Shown: positions 49,969 through 62,938 of the stretch, one piece after another
Layout of the letters: each line of letters starts with the position of its first letter
Position numbering within the stretch: the stretch's first letter is position 1
Origin: Chiloscyllium plagiosum
Taxonomy: Eukaryota
DNA: 64,000 nucleotides
NCBI RefSeq assembly: GCF_004010195.1
Contig: NC_057718.1
Location: forward strand, 29,413,206 to 29,477,205
Direction: 5' to 3'
Translations under genes and position numbers: made by a program
The notes under the pieces: model-generated
The model's input: only the letters and a program-made list of their open reading frames with translations
Told to the model about the DNA's origin: nothing
The model's database searches: none

Positions 49969-51982
49969 TAACAGCTCAATGGAAGGATTCAGTATTCTAA
50001 CAGAACAATCACTGGCCAAAACGTTCAACTAGTTTCTTGTCTGCTTCAACCCTGCTCATGCAATCCAAAGTAGACAGAATTTTACTCAGAAAGTGAACCA
50101 AAGGACACAGAGAAAAGGCAGGAAAGTGGAGTTGAGGAATATCAGATCAGCCATGATCTCAATGAAGGGCAGAACAGACTTGATGTTCTGAATGACCTAT
50201 TTTTGCTCCTACATCTTGTGGTTTTATGGAACCATATTGTGTGGCATTCGCCCCATAACCAATCATTTGTCGCTGCTTCAAATTCTTGTTCAGTTTCACC
50301 ACAACAGGTTCAATGGGTTTCTGTCTGTCCAATTCCCTGTCATAATGCACTCCATGTTTAGCAACACCAAGAACGTTTCTTCCTGGTTTCTTGATTTTCA
50401 CTGAGAAATTTTACATGGATGCTTCAACATCATTGGAATATGTGGAGAAATTAGCTTTTCCTTAAGTCAAAAAAATTGTAATTTTAAAAGTCAAGTCTTA
50501 AGCAAAACCCATTTCCCACCACCAGCATCATCTCCATAAATGTCTTCTACAGGAGTGAGCCCAAAAGTAGACAGTTCTCTAATTGTGGCCTAACTGAATT
50601 TTTGAATACATTATCCCTTTTCTCTGACATGATGTCCTTGGCCACTCCAAAAAAACCTTTCCTGACCATTTTATAATTTTACCGACCATGGCTCGTGCTT
50701 CTGGGGAATGAGACACTTAGTTTATTTTCCACATGAACCATTTTGTCGGTTTCCTGAATTTATTCATCAATTGCTGCTTTGTGCTGTGGGTCTGCTTCTG
50801 CCAAGAACTATATAGAGTCTTTCCAAATATTTAACAGCTTTATATCCAATTCCTTTTGTTAAATGTGAAAGCCTACTCCCTAATTCACTTTGTCTTTTAA
50901 TTTTCATTGTAATTGTGCACATCAGAGAATTCAAATTTACAGTATCACTTCTTTAAAAGGGGCTCACTGAATAGTTCGATATAGTTAAATAACAATTTAA
51001 TTCAGCTGGGAGCCATGAGATCTCTACCTTATAAGCAAATTGGGGATATATAGATGCCTGTTCTGTTCTGGCTTACACCTTATATCTGCCCTGTCTTGGT
51101 TCTTTTCATCTACAATGCACTACCTCACACATCTGCACACAAATGGGATACTCGCTCTCTCTACTCCTGCATAGATCTTCAGTTTATTCTCATGCTTCAT
51201 TAAGTGTACAGAAATCCTTTACTTCCTGGACATTTCTAAAGGCATGATTTTTTTTTCCCACCAAATAACTGTCATTCAGGAACAAAGCTTTCCTGTTCTA
51301 AATGACATGCAATGCACCATCAGTCAAGCAGTGCGTGACAATCTTGGAGAAATTAAAAATTTTTAATGATGAAAGGACATTATCTTTAAAAACCAGAAAG
51401 CGTCAATCCATGCAAGAAAAAAAAGTACATAATCCACACTGTACAATCTTTCAACGAATGAGGATTACACAATTTGTCAGAGGGCCATTTGAGCTAAACT
51501 TGAACAATTATTGCAGTCCACTACACCAAAAAACATCCATCCATTGCAAGCACATTGTGACCTCAGGAATTCTGAAGGCCAGAAGAATCAGGTCGTGACT
51601 ATTACTGCGATCAATCCTAAGAAAATCCTTTGTACTGTACAGGGTTAAACTATCCCTCTCAGTCACTTTCAGCCTCCAGGGTTCAAGTAATACAGCATTG
51701 GTCTCTGGATTTTCTTACTCTCAAGAGCCAATCCCCTTAATCCCTGCCTAAGTACCCATTGCTCAATCGTGATTTCTCCTTTTCCATCTGTCAGTCTTAA
51801 ATCAACAATTTGTACATGAGACAGTGTAATGCAGACAATAAAGGATTTACATTTCACTATCCGCAAATCTTTTCCTTCAATTAAAATGCTGAACAAGTGT
51901 TAGGGTGACTATTGGAGGTTAGCACTAACATTTTTTACATTCCATCTTCTTTTCCTTTCACTTCATTAGAAAAAAAACTTAC

Positions 51983-52109
51983 TTGCTTCTGACATCCATG
52001 GCTTCCTCCAATAACCCATGACTCAGAAGAGTATTCATGAAGCTTGAATAAGCTGCTGAGCTGAATACTAGACCCTTCGTTTCAGCTTCCATGAATACAT
52101 TAAGGGCAT
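51983..52109 (-). CDS. LRPPRC: LRPPRC internal coding exon (approx. exon 30)
   Basis: ttcttag|at ... agcaa|gtaagt; 127 nt; DALNVFMEAETKGLVFSSAAYSSFMNTLLSHGLLEEAMDVRS (PPR-like). Confidence 0.93.
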
Positions 52110-52979
52110 CTAAGAAGAATGAAAGGAGTATTTTATTAAAATAAATCATAAACACACAATTCTGCTAATATTTGCAAGTCCTTCAAAACAAATTCAAATT
52201 CAAAACTAATTTTTGACAGCTCAAATCAAATTATTTGGGCTTCTTCAGTCATTAGTTTCATTTATTATTGAAGGTTAAATTTGATCAATTTATTTTATGA
52301 AGACTACAGCAGAAAACAAATACCTTGTAGTAGTATTGCAAATGGTTTTAAAAAACAAAATAGGCAGCAACCAACAGTCTGGATTTTGAACACTACGTTT
52401 TTTGTTCCTGGGACTTATTTGACGTATCCAAGGATTAAAATCCAAGTATTCAGATGTGGTTCATATATTGTCTTTAATCGTGTTCATGATTTTTCACTGT
52501 GTTAAAACAATCTTCCAGTCTCAGCACTAAACCTGGTGCAAAGATTGGTGTACCAGCTACATTATACAGAATTTTCATTTAAAGCATTACTAATGGTCTA
52601 TCATGGAAATTAGCTATCGATGGCATGATTCCATTTTAGCTTAACCCCATCAAAAGCCATTTTCATGCAAGTAACTCCAATATCTGAAAACATAGGTTTT
52701 GATGAGGTTGGTATAAGTTTTATTTTACAAAACAGTTGAATGAGTGTTCTGAAGGAGGGTCATGGGAACCAAAACTTCAACCACTTCTCTCTCCACAGAT
52801 ATTGTCAGACCTGATGAGGTTTTCAAGCACTTTTGAATGCATATCTCAAGAGTCTGCAGTATTTTGCTTTTAACCAAATGACAACTGTGATTGGACCAAC
52901 AATGGGAACAATGAGGTACAAAACCTTTCATTCTAACTAGTTGCCTGGTTTTGGAAAGAAAAAGAGTGTCAGAAAGAAG

Positions 52980-53385
52980 TATTGCATTCATATTGTGCCT
53001 TTTAGAGCTTCAAGATATCCCAAAGTGCTTCAAAACCAGTGAAGTACATCTGAAGTAACACAATTATAATTTAGAGAACATGAGAGCCAAGATGCACACG
53101 ATGACATCTGGCTTTAATCAGATAATGTGTTTTTGTGATGTCAGGGAGGGTTAAATGTTTACCAGAAAACATTTCCACTTGGCATAGTCTCAGAAATGTT
53201 TTTCATGTCATTGATTTAAAATCTTTCAAAGATGACAGTTTCTGACAGCGTAGCACTTTTTCCAACACAATACTGGAATACAAGTCTAGATCGTGTGTTC
53301 AGGCCTGGTATAGAGTTGCAGGCCATGTCATTCAAAATGAGACTTATGTTCCTGACGTTGATGTTGACACTGAGCTATAGCTAGC
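52980..53385 (-). mobile_element. Deu-domain SINE remnant
   Basis: cccaaagtgcttca...gaagtac...cagataat...gtgatgt..ggagggttaaatgtt...tctgacagcgtagcact. Confidence 0.55.
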
Positions 53386-54399
53386 ATTTAGAGACAAAGC
53401 AAAAACCAGAACAAAGCAGAAAAGAAATTATGACAAGTCATTTCATGACAGAATCAAGCAAGGAAAGCCATTTTACACCATGTGGGTTGCTGCCGCATGC
53501 TCAATGAGGGTAAGCATTAATTAATGGTCACAAAGATCCAGTGAGAAAACATACATAGTTTAAAAAGTAGGATTGCAAGTGATATTCCAAATGTGGTTAT
53601 TACTAAATCACTAAACAAGCCACAATTGAAAGGAAGTCTCTGAGATATAGTATAGCTTATGCACAGAAGCATTATGTTTCATACAACTGCATATAGTCCA
53701 AAATAGCACCATTTTAGTCCTCTGAATGGAAAAAAATTACAAAGGCAGATTATAAAAATATTTCAATCTTTAAAATTTGATTGATAAATTTTGATGGAAT
53801 CGAAGGGAGGGGAAAGGAGACCTTGATTGCATTTCTCTAACTACAAATAAACCAGTCACTCCAGATCACTGCATTCATGAAAAACTGTTAGTATAGTATA
53901 CCAGATTTTTCCATTGAACAGGATCTCAAGGACTCAGTTGATTTTTCTATCCATCTTTATTCTAATCTAACAATTAGCAGCATGAAAGTGGCTACTTAGC
54001 CCATCATATTTACAGTGCCCTTTCTAAGAGTAATCCAATTTAGGCCCCTAACCTCAGCTTTTTCTCCACAAGCTTTCAAATTAGTTCTTTGCAAAAGCAT
54101 GCCTGATTGCCTTTTCATGTTGCTATCAATAGGATCTGTGCCCCTTTGAGGTACTACGTTCTAGATCTTAACAACAGTAATTTAAGAGTAATTACTTAAC
54201 TGGACCCTATTCAAGGACTGAACCAGTTTGGATAAAAAATGATATAAAATGTCAATAGGTCATAAATTTACATTCAAGCAGTAGTTCTGGACCAACAGGG
54301 AAATAAACAGATGAGTTTAAAATATGGTATGAATGTGCACAACGAAGTAATGCAAGTAAGTCATCGGAAAGACAGAAGGTTGCATCCGGACATACAACA

Positions 54400-56260
54400 T
54401 CTTGCCTCCAAGATCGGCATTATTTTGTACACCTCCACTTAGTCAGTCACACCTCAGCCTCCTCCATTCTGAGAAAAACAACCTTTGTATATCTAATCTT
54501 TCCGCATTCCTGCAATCTTCAAGACCTGCCGACATACTTGCAAATTTCCTCTGTACCTTAAAGCCCTCCCTGTAATGCAGTGACCTGAACTTCACACAAA
54601 CCTCCAGCTGTGGTCAACCAATGTCTCATACAGTTCCAGCATGACATCCCTGAACATGTACTCAATACCTTAGACCATAAGACATAGGAGCGGAAGTAAG
54701 GCCATTCGGCCCATCAAGTCCACTCCGCCATTCAATCATGGCTGATGGGCATTTCAACTCCACTTACCCGCATTCTCCCTGTAGCCCTTAATTGCTTGTG
54801 ACATCAAGAATTTATCAATCTCTGCCTTGAAGACATTTAGCGTCCTAGCCTCCCCTGCACTCTGTGGCAATGAATTCCACAGGCCCACCACTCTCTGGCT
54901 GAAGAAATGTCTCCGCATTTCTGTTCTGAATTTACCCTCTCTAATTCTAAGGCTGTGTCCATGGGTCCTAGTCTCCTCGCCTAACGGAAACAATTTCCTA
55001 GCGCCCACCCTCTCCAAGCCATGTGTTATCTTGTAAGTTTCTATTAGATCTCCCCTTAATCTTCTAAACTCCAATGAGTACAATCCCAGGATCCTCAGCC
55101 GTTCCTCGTATGTCAGACCTACCATTCCAGGGATCATCCGTGTGAATCTCCGCTGGACACGCTCCAGTGCCAGTATGTCCTTCCTGAGGTGTGATGACCA
55201 AAACTGGACACAGTACTCCAAATGGGACCTAACCAGAGCTTTATAAAGTCTCAGTAGCACAACGGTGCTTTTATATTCCAACCCTCTTGAGATAAATGAC
55301 AACATTGCATTCGCTTTCTTAATCACGGACTCACATTCTGATGTCCCTGATCACTAACTGAATGTGAATTACTTAATCTCCCAGGTGTGACTGCCTCCTG
55401 AAACAAAGCGTCCAGGTAACTCTTCCCCTCCCAGATGTGCCGCAGTGTTTGAAGCTCAGATTCCAGATCATCAACTCTGATCCGGAGTTCTTCCAGCAAA
55501 CAACACTTGCTGCAGATGTGGTCACTGCCATTCACAATGGGATCAGCGAGCTCCCACATCATACAGCTACCTTGCCCAAAGAAAGAAAGTTTTCTATATG
55601 CCTCCTTTACCACCTCTTGTCACCTTCAGAGACATGATCGCATGCAATCCAAGGTTTCACCCTTCCTCGACTTCTCTTAATACCCTCTGGTTTACTGGAT
55701 ATCTCTTGCATTGTTTGCTTTCATCAAATGCATCACCTTACACTTCTCTGCCCACTCAAACAAACTATTGCTGTGTTCCTGACGTTGACAGCCATCCTCT
55801 TCACTACCAATGACCCGGCCATTATTTGTGTCAGCAGTAAATTTCCAATCATGTCTTCACAATCAAGTCTAAATCATTAACATATAGCACATAGGACAAG
55901 GGCCCCAAAACTGCACCTTATGAAAGACCACCGGAAATCACCTTCCATTTACAAAGACATGCGTTAACCATTACCTTTTCTTTCCCATCATTGACTGAAT
56001 TTTGGATATAACTTGCCACATTTCCTGGAATCCGATTATCTTTCATCTTCGCTGATTAATCTTGAACATGGGACCTTATTAAATGCCTTACGACAATCAA
56101 TATACTCAACATCCACTGCACTAGTCTACTCAATCCTCCCTATGTTCTCTCAAAAAATCCAACTATGTTAGCAAGATCTCTCCTGAACAAAACCATTGTC
56201 TGAGTAATTTGTACCTTCCCAAGTAGATCTCCTTATGGATTCCAGTAATTTTCCCACCAG
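54400..56260 (-). mobile_element. Old decayed CR1-like LINE hosting the 54672-55567 insertion
   Basis: Remnant RT motifs on minus, e.g. catgggaccttattaaatgcctt (KAF.KVPH) near 56070; sequence is continuous across the insertion. Confidence 0.65.
54672..55567 (-). mobile_element. CR1 LINE chimera: ORF1 N-terminal fragment joined to ORF2 3' end
   Basis: ORF 54754-55326 is closely similar to 18749-19477; ORF 55323-55613 has a C..C zinc-finger/leucine-zipper-like CR1 ORF1 segment; tacctt on both sides. Confidence 0.85.
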
Positions 56261-56357
56261 AAATGATTTGGCCTAATCGCTTCCATATTTTCTGTTCAGA
56301 TTAATTCCTAAAGACGTTAATGTATCATTGCCTTTGTTAAGTTATCATAAATTGTAC

Positions 56358-56499
56358 CTTGAATATGATTCTTCTTGCACAACATGAGCAGTCGACGCTG
56401 ATAATCACTTGAAGAATCAATGGTCAAATCAATAGTTCTTGTTTGCGTGGCTTGATTGAGAGTAGATGAAGTCGATCTTACAGCATCCTCATACCATGA
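56358..56499 (-). CDS. LRPPRC: LRPPRC internal coding exon (approx. exon 29, Ser/Thr-rich linker)
   Basis: tttctcag|tca ... caag|gtacaa; 142 nt; SWYEDAVRSTSSTLNQATQTRTIDLTIDSSSDYQRRLLMLCKKNHIQ; phases fit both neighbours. Confidence 0.9.
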
Positions 56500-56905
56500 C
56501 TGAGAAATATTTTTAGAAATTGCTTTTTAATACAGAACAAATATATTACTAAAGAAAGACGAAAAGCTGACACTTTGCAGCTTGTACTCATCAGGACGAG
56601 GACACAAGAAACAGATTTGAGGAAATGGACACAAATTTATAAAGCGCAGGAAGTGGCTGCTGATTGGTTTGGCCAGTGTTGGCACGTAGAGCCAATATCT
56701 GTCAACCTTTGTATCTCGCATCAGGTGGAATGACTCTAGGCTGATTCAGGTACCGCAATAGGAATGCAGCATAGTTTAGCAGTCTCTGTGACCATTTTTT
56801 TTCAACGAAAACAATATCCCTTTCACACTTCAAATACATTGATGCACTCTGTTACATTTGCAATATTAGAATGAGCAGCTTATCAAATAATGAGCAATGT
56901 GATAG

Positions 56906-57135
56906 AGGCGGCAGTGTGCTCAGTTGATTGAATGGCTGGTTTGTACTATGGAATAATGCCAATACTGCAGGTTCAATTCCCCGAGCAGGTTAAGATCACC
57001 ATAATAATCACACCTTCTCAACTTCTGCCCTTGCCTGATGAGCGGTGACCCTCAAGTTAAAATGAGAGCAGTCATCTCTGTACCTCTCTCTAATGAGAGG
57101 TGAAGCCCCCTTTGGAACTGTGGCAGCTTTGCCTC
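56906..57135 (+). mobile_element. tRNA-derived SINE of another family (related copy at about 39563-39755)
   Basis: A-box-like gctcagttg, B-box ggttcaattcc; shared ccttctcaac...gtgaccctca..taaa...catctct..tgag in both copies. Confidence 0.6.
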
Positions 57136-57252
57136 AGATCTTCCAAGCAGAGAGGGATATCTTTCACTAGTTGATGCAAGTAAACAGAGAATAAAATCTG
57201 TGGCATTTAAAAAATTTCAAGAAATATGAGACCTACAGAATGCCCAGCTGGG

Positions 57253-57632
57253 GGGTTCTTGTGGCATGTGTGGTGACCCTACCTCTGAGCCAGGAGGCCT
57301 GGGTTCAAGCTCCACCGGCTCCAGAGGTGTATAATAACATTTCTGAACAGGTTGATGACAAAATATTGACAATTTGGACATAAATCTGCTCCTGCCACCC
57401 ATTCAGGCAGCAAATTCCAAACCACATTCCGCAATAAGTTTTAAAAAATATAGGCTGTCCATGTTCACGTTGGACCTGCACAAGAAGCGTGTAACAACTT
57501 CTCTGAACAGGTTCATCCGTAAATATCAGAGTTTCACATGGACTCTTGTGAAACAGTGATTGGGTTGCCATCTTGAGCCAAGAAACCCAGGTCAAGTCCC
57601 ACCTGCACCACAGGTTGATGTGAAAATATCTA
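57253..57632 (+). repeat. Three diverged tandem units with tRNA-like heads
   Basis: Units end in acaggttgat/acaggttcat...aaatat; units 1 and 3 have gagcca.ga..cc.gg(t)tcaag..ccacc. Confidence 0.55.
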
Positions 57633-58298
57633 TAGGGGTTTCACTCTCAGTGTGAAGGCAGATCCATGAGCTATACATTCCAATAATAACATAAAATAAT
57701 GTATCTTGTTGACTGTTCCACAACCAGCAACATTCTGATTGTGCTCCACTATCTCATGCTTGCATGTCTCCCATCAGCATGTCCACAATTTGATGGGATT
57801 CTGCTATTTGACATCATTTATTAAATAATCCAGATTGTGCTAAGAGTTGTACCATAAAAGCAAACAACTTATCAGGACCCAGTTTCAAGCATTTGTGTTT
57901 GCTGGAAGATATGTCTATCAACACAGAGGATCCTTTTCCAGGTAAGCAAATTTATTTTAAACAAATGTTACACTTTTTTTAATTCAAAAAATGGTCATGG
58001 AAACTTGTAATTTTTGTCGTATCCTCATGGCAATACTCTGTCCAATCAGAGCGTATTTCTGACAAAAGATCAGAGAGTCAAGATCAACAGATGCTGCTGC
58101 ATTTCCATGCCAAGGATGGCCTAACTGAGCTAACTGCCTCCTGTATCACATTGCTCAGCACCCTCTTCTAATGCAGTATAAATTGTCTCTTATTGAGACT
58201 GTTCCTTGCATCCACACCCTGAGTGCAAGACAGCAAACTTTGACTAGTCTCCTTTTAACAATATTGTTTCCAAGATAAAAATGCATAAGATTTGGACA

Positions 58299-58500
58299 TA
58301 CAGGCCATTCTGCTATAACGCGCGTTACGTCTACATAAATTTGCTGTAAATCATTTAACGAAGTGGGGATGCTTTTTCTGAAGTGATAACTTTTAAAAAC
58401 ATGTGTTGGCCATAGCAAAATCTCATCGCCAACACTAAATGTTATTTGTATTGCGTGATTCTTGTATAGCACAGGGTCGTACATCAACGTGACTTTGGCA
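58299..58500 (+). mobile_element. Possible Tc1/mariner (Tigger/MER6-like) MITE fragment
   Basis: Starts TA-CAG..cattctgctataacgc, CpG-rich relative to surroundings; right TIR not clearly found. Confidence 0.35.
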
Positions 58501-59054
58501 CTATGGAAGAAATGAGTTTACGAAAGTCAAATAGCATGTATGAGTGTGTGGCCTTTTTCTTTCCAATTGAGGTATTCTATTTTGTTAAAGGTACACTGCT
58601 TTTTTGTTTAGACTTCAATAGCACTTATCCTGAGCAGTATGCTGCTCAGACACCAGTAGGTCCGGGTGAGAGCAGTCCAAAGGGACATTAATTTCAGTTT
58701 ATTAAAGGCATATTTTATGTAGCTTTTAAGTAGTAAATGTTAAGATATCTCAGAACAATTTGATAAAAAGTGAGTCCTTTGACACTGGGACAGAAGATGA
58801 AAAGCTTATTCAAACAATATAGATTTTAACAATGTTTAAAGGAGGAAATAGAGCTACAGAGCTTGAGAGATATGGGGAGGGCTACTCAGATTGTAGGACT
58901 TAACTGAAAGCACGACCACCAATGGTTTGGTGAAAGAAAGTGGGGAAGGTCCAATGAATGTCTTTGCAAATATTCCAAATGAATACCATCATTTCAGTAC
59001 CATATCCTTAAACAGACAATATTCAAGTCAGGATGCTGAATAGCTTGGAAAGGA

Positions 59055-59625
59055 ATTTATAGGTTGGTGGTTGCGAAAGCAAGCAGGCAGGTGCAGAGAC
59101 AGTGAAGACAGCAAATGGTATGCTGACCACTCGAATACAGGAGCAGGGATGGCCTGCTGCAATTGTACAGGTGAGTCGACATCTCGTGTATTGGGTGCAG
59201 TTTTGATCTCAACTGAGGAAGGATATTCTGGCCATGGAAGGAGTGAACAATAATTGAGCAGGTTATTTCATAAATTCTAACAGGGCAGATGCAGGAAGGA
59301 TAATCCCAAAGGCGGGAGTATTCAGAACAATGGTCGCAGTTTAAGAATATAGGGTAAATCACTTAGGACAGAGATGAAGAGAAATTTATTCACCCAAAGA
59401 GTGGTAGGCTTGTGGAGTTCTCAGCTACAGAAAGAAGTTAAGGCCAAAACTTGAGACATGTTTTCAAGGAGACAGACATAGTTCTTACAGCTAAAGGGAT
59501 CAAAGGGTATGGAGAGAAAACAGGAATAGGGTACTGAGTTGGATGATTAGTGATGATTATACTGACTGACAAAGGAGGTGTGAAGGCCAAAAGGCCTACT
59601 TCGGCTTCAATTTTCTGTTTCTATG
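59055..59625 (+). mobile_element. CR1 LINE 3' fragment, decayed
   Basis: ttaggacagagatgaagagaaatttattcacccaaagagtggt motif and 3' UTR. Confidence 0.75.
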
Positions 59626-59715
59626 AAACTAGAAATTTACTAGAAATTAAGTATTAAGTCTTCATTAAGATTTTAGAAACACAAACTAATTTATTCTTGA
59701 TTGTATAAAACTTAC

Positions 59716-59858
59716 CTCTGGAACTTCAAATGGAATCTCCTGACCACTTGTCTTGAGTATCTCAGCAAGTAATCGGAGAGTTCTTTCCCGGGGTATCACA
59801 TTTTCCTCTTGCATTTTGGTCCATGTTGCATCAGCTTTCCGCCAGTCATTATTTTCCT
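59716..59858 (-). CDS. LRPPRC: LRPPRC internal coding exon (approx. exon 28)
   Basis: aaacag|ag ... ccagag|gtaagt; 143 nt; [47 protein letters not shown]. Confidence 0.95.
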
Positions 59859-60714
59859 CTGTTTAAATTAAGCCGGTTAATTAAGTTACAAAAAAAAAGG
59901 GCAAATTGAAATCATTTCAGGGTCTCTGTTGAGCAATTGTGAAATGGAAAAAAAAGAGATTTTTTTTTTCTGCCACGAGAGATCAGAACGTGGAGCCAAT
60001 AAAGCTAGGAATCAATCATACGCAATATCCAATTCAACTGCGAAGTAATATTGATTAAAAACCTTTATTACAATAGAAAAAGAATGCCAAAACTTTACTA
60101 ATTGCTTTTAAACTAAAGCAGTTTTGGAACAAGAACTCTGTGACTGGGTCAATCATGGATTTTGAAGTCCAACACTCAAGCCAACTGAAAATTATTTATT
60201 TAAAATGCTGCCAAGTGGAACACAGCACCAAATAGTTATTGCACGTTCAGCAACAGATGCTCTGTTTTTCGCATTTTCAGTGCAAAACTTCTAACATGTA
60301 GAAGCACATCTGAATGAGCTGAACCTGTGCTACTTAATATAGTGTAACATACAGGTGCAGGAGCACTTGATAACATTACCTAACTTATTTGTACCCAACT
60401 GATGATACCTAAAGGATAAAGTCGCAATATAGCCTTTGTTCAAAGACTCCATCCAAAAGCAAATCTATTTTCAGTAGTTCAAATATATAGTCCATTCCGA
60501 AACCTGTAACTTCTGGGTCAGAGGCTAGACATTGTCTACAGAGCCACAGGACCTCCACAGTCTCAACATAAATAGTCATCTCAAACAGTTATGCACATTG
60601 GGGTTGTTCAAGTTAAAACACACAAGGTTCGCAACAAAAATACCTCAAATATGGAATTCAGTAAAATGTAGTCCAACAAGTAGAAGGCAAAGGACCTGCG
60701 TGACAGATTTCTTG

Positions 60715-61075
60715 CAATGACTATCACCCTCTGTTTCCTGCCACTCAGCCAATTCAAAAGCCAACTAGCCAGATCTCCTTGGATCCCATGGGCTTTTACC
60801 TTTGCTATCAGTCTCCCATGCGGGACCTTATCAAAAGCCTTGCTGAAGTCCAAGGAGACAACATCGGTTATGTTGCTCTCATCTACAACCTGCCTACTCG
60901 TTCGAAAAATTTCATTAAGTTGGTCAGAAATGACCTTCCACTAATAAAATATGCTGACTGTTTTTAATTAATCCCTGCCTCTACAAGTGCAGATTAATTC
61001 TGCCCTTCAGAATTGCTTCCTGTTGTTTTGCCAACACTGAAGTTAGACTGTCTGGCCTGTAGTTTCTGGTTTCTT
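60715..61075 (-). mobile_element. CR1 RT fragment
   Basis: ORF 60608-60853 DFSKAFDKVPHGRLIAKVKAHGIQG...WL..WLSGRKQRV. Confidence 0.8.
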
Positions 61076-62938
61076 GTGAAGGGAACGTTTTTCTTTGGGT
61101 ACTTTAGTGGCAGCACAGAGGACTTCTACAGTTAAAGTTATTTGCAGGTTAAATGCAACAAACAGAATATCCCTGACACTAATGTTTCATCTGTCAGTCT
61201 TCTGTGACATTGCCAACTGCCCTCTCTCCTCCTGTACTGTAGTGTCAAATTTCATTAGTGCTACCTCTTGTTCTATCCTCCCCTGCTTTTGCACATCCTG
61301 TGACCTTCAGTTTTCTCTCTTCAAACTGTCTCACTTTCTCTGGCCTCATTCCCAATTCTTCCATCCATGAATCAAAATTTTATTTTTTCCCCTTGCTCTC
61401 TGGTATAGTTTCTAACCCATGCTAATCCTGCTCTAACTTTCCCTAAATGCAATGCTATAGGAAACTATTATTTAACACTTTTGTTTTCCCATATAGATTC
61501 CCAAACCCCATAAGCCCCTGCAGCCTTCCATTTGCTTAACTACCTTTCGTCTCTCATTAACTCCACTTCCTTGCAGCTTCACACATTCACCCACACTCCA
61601 ATCCCCTTGCAGCCCCTCATCCTCCTTGCTAACTCCTAGTTCTCTTGCAAGCTCCAACTTGTCCTTCACCCCCTGAAAGCCTCCACTTGCCTCCAAATTC
61701 CTTGCAGCACATCATTTTCACTCTTTCACCAACCCCATTGCAGCCTTTTCCTATCACCCCCACCTCCTTCTCAGCTTCCCTCTCAGCCTTCTTATTCTCC
61801 AACTTCCCTCACAGCTACTTCCTTCCCAACACCCTTCACAATATTATTTGTGCTCCCAGCAACCACTTCCTTTGCATTTTTCTTTCAATCTGGTTCCTAG
61901 TCTCTATAACACATGGACATTGGCTCTAAGCTGTGACTCAAGACTTCACATCTGAACCCTAGCTCCCAAAAGATCATCCCCAGCGACTCTCACTTTCAAC
62001 CCTTACTATCTAACTGTTGGAATCGAACAGAACCAGCTTGTGATTGCAGAAGCTGCTCTTCATATATTATTCATGATGGGCAGTTTTCCTCCAATTGATT
62101 GCCCAGGTGAGTTAATCTTATAGGGCTTTTTGAGGATTTGAGGGGTCAAATTCACCCACTGACCCCATGTAAACTGGGCATCGAAACGAAGAATTGATGC
62201 AACAGATTTGTTCAACTTAAATTCACAATCACTAGCACTGTTACACGGAAGGAAACAAATTACATACAAAGGAAATAGCAGAATCTCTCACGCACAGACT
62301 AACATAAACTACAACCATAGTACACTTCGGATAGAAAAGTACAAATCAGCTTCAGAAACTGTTTTTAAGGGATTCATTCTCACCAATCACCCAACAGATA
62401 ATACAGCATGCAAATTCCAGTTATGTAACAATAATTGCAATGTCCACTGGTTGTAAGAGACATCCTTGGAATAAACTGATCAATTGGAAGAACCAGCACA
62501 ATGACAACAATCTTTTTAAAAAATCAATTCTAATTCACAGTCGATGATGTGAAAAGGAAATGTTTTATCAAAAATTTAAACACTGACTTTAGAATTAAAT
62601 ACATTACTGCCTACCAGGTTACTAAAAGATCAGTAGCAATCGTGTGCCAATTAACTTCTTCTGCCCTGCCCATTTCACCCAAGGGATTTATACTGGGATG
62701 AACCAACTGTCAGTTGTCAAAAAAATGCATTATAATTACACATTTTTGCTCATTCTAATGCTGGAGAGCTTTAATGCTGTAGTGTCAGTATTACATATCC
62801 TGAAAAATTAGCATCATTTCAGAACACAATTAATTTGTGTAGTGCTAGAAGACTTAAAGAAATACTGAACATCATGCACATATACATAAAAATCTTCACT
62901 GGTCTTTAAGATTAATAACAAATTAAAACATTACTCAC

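Noticed and set aside
61480..61880. Pyrimidine-rich tract with weak periodicity
   Set aside because: No consistent repeat unit or coding signal could be established by eye
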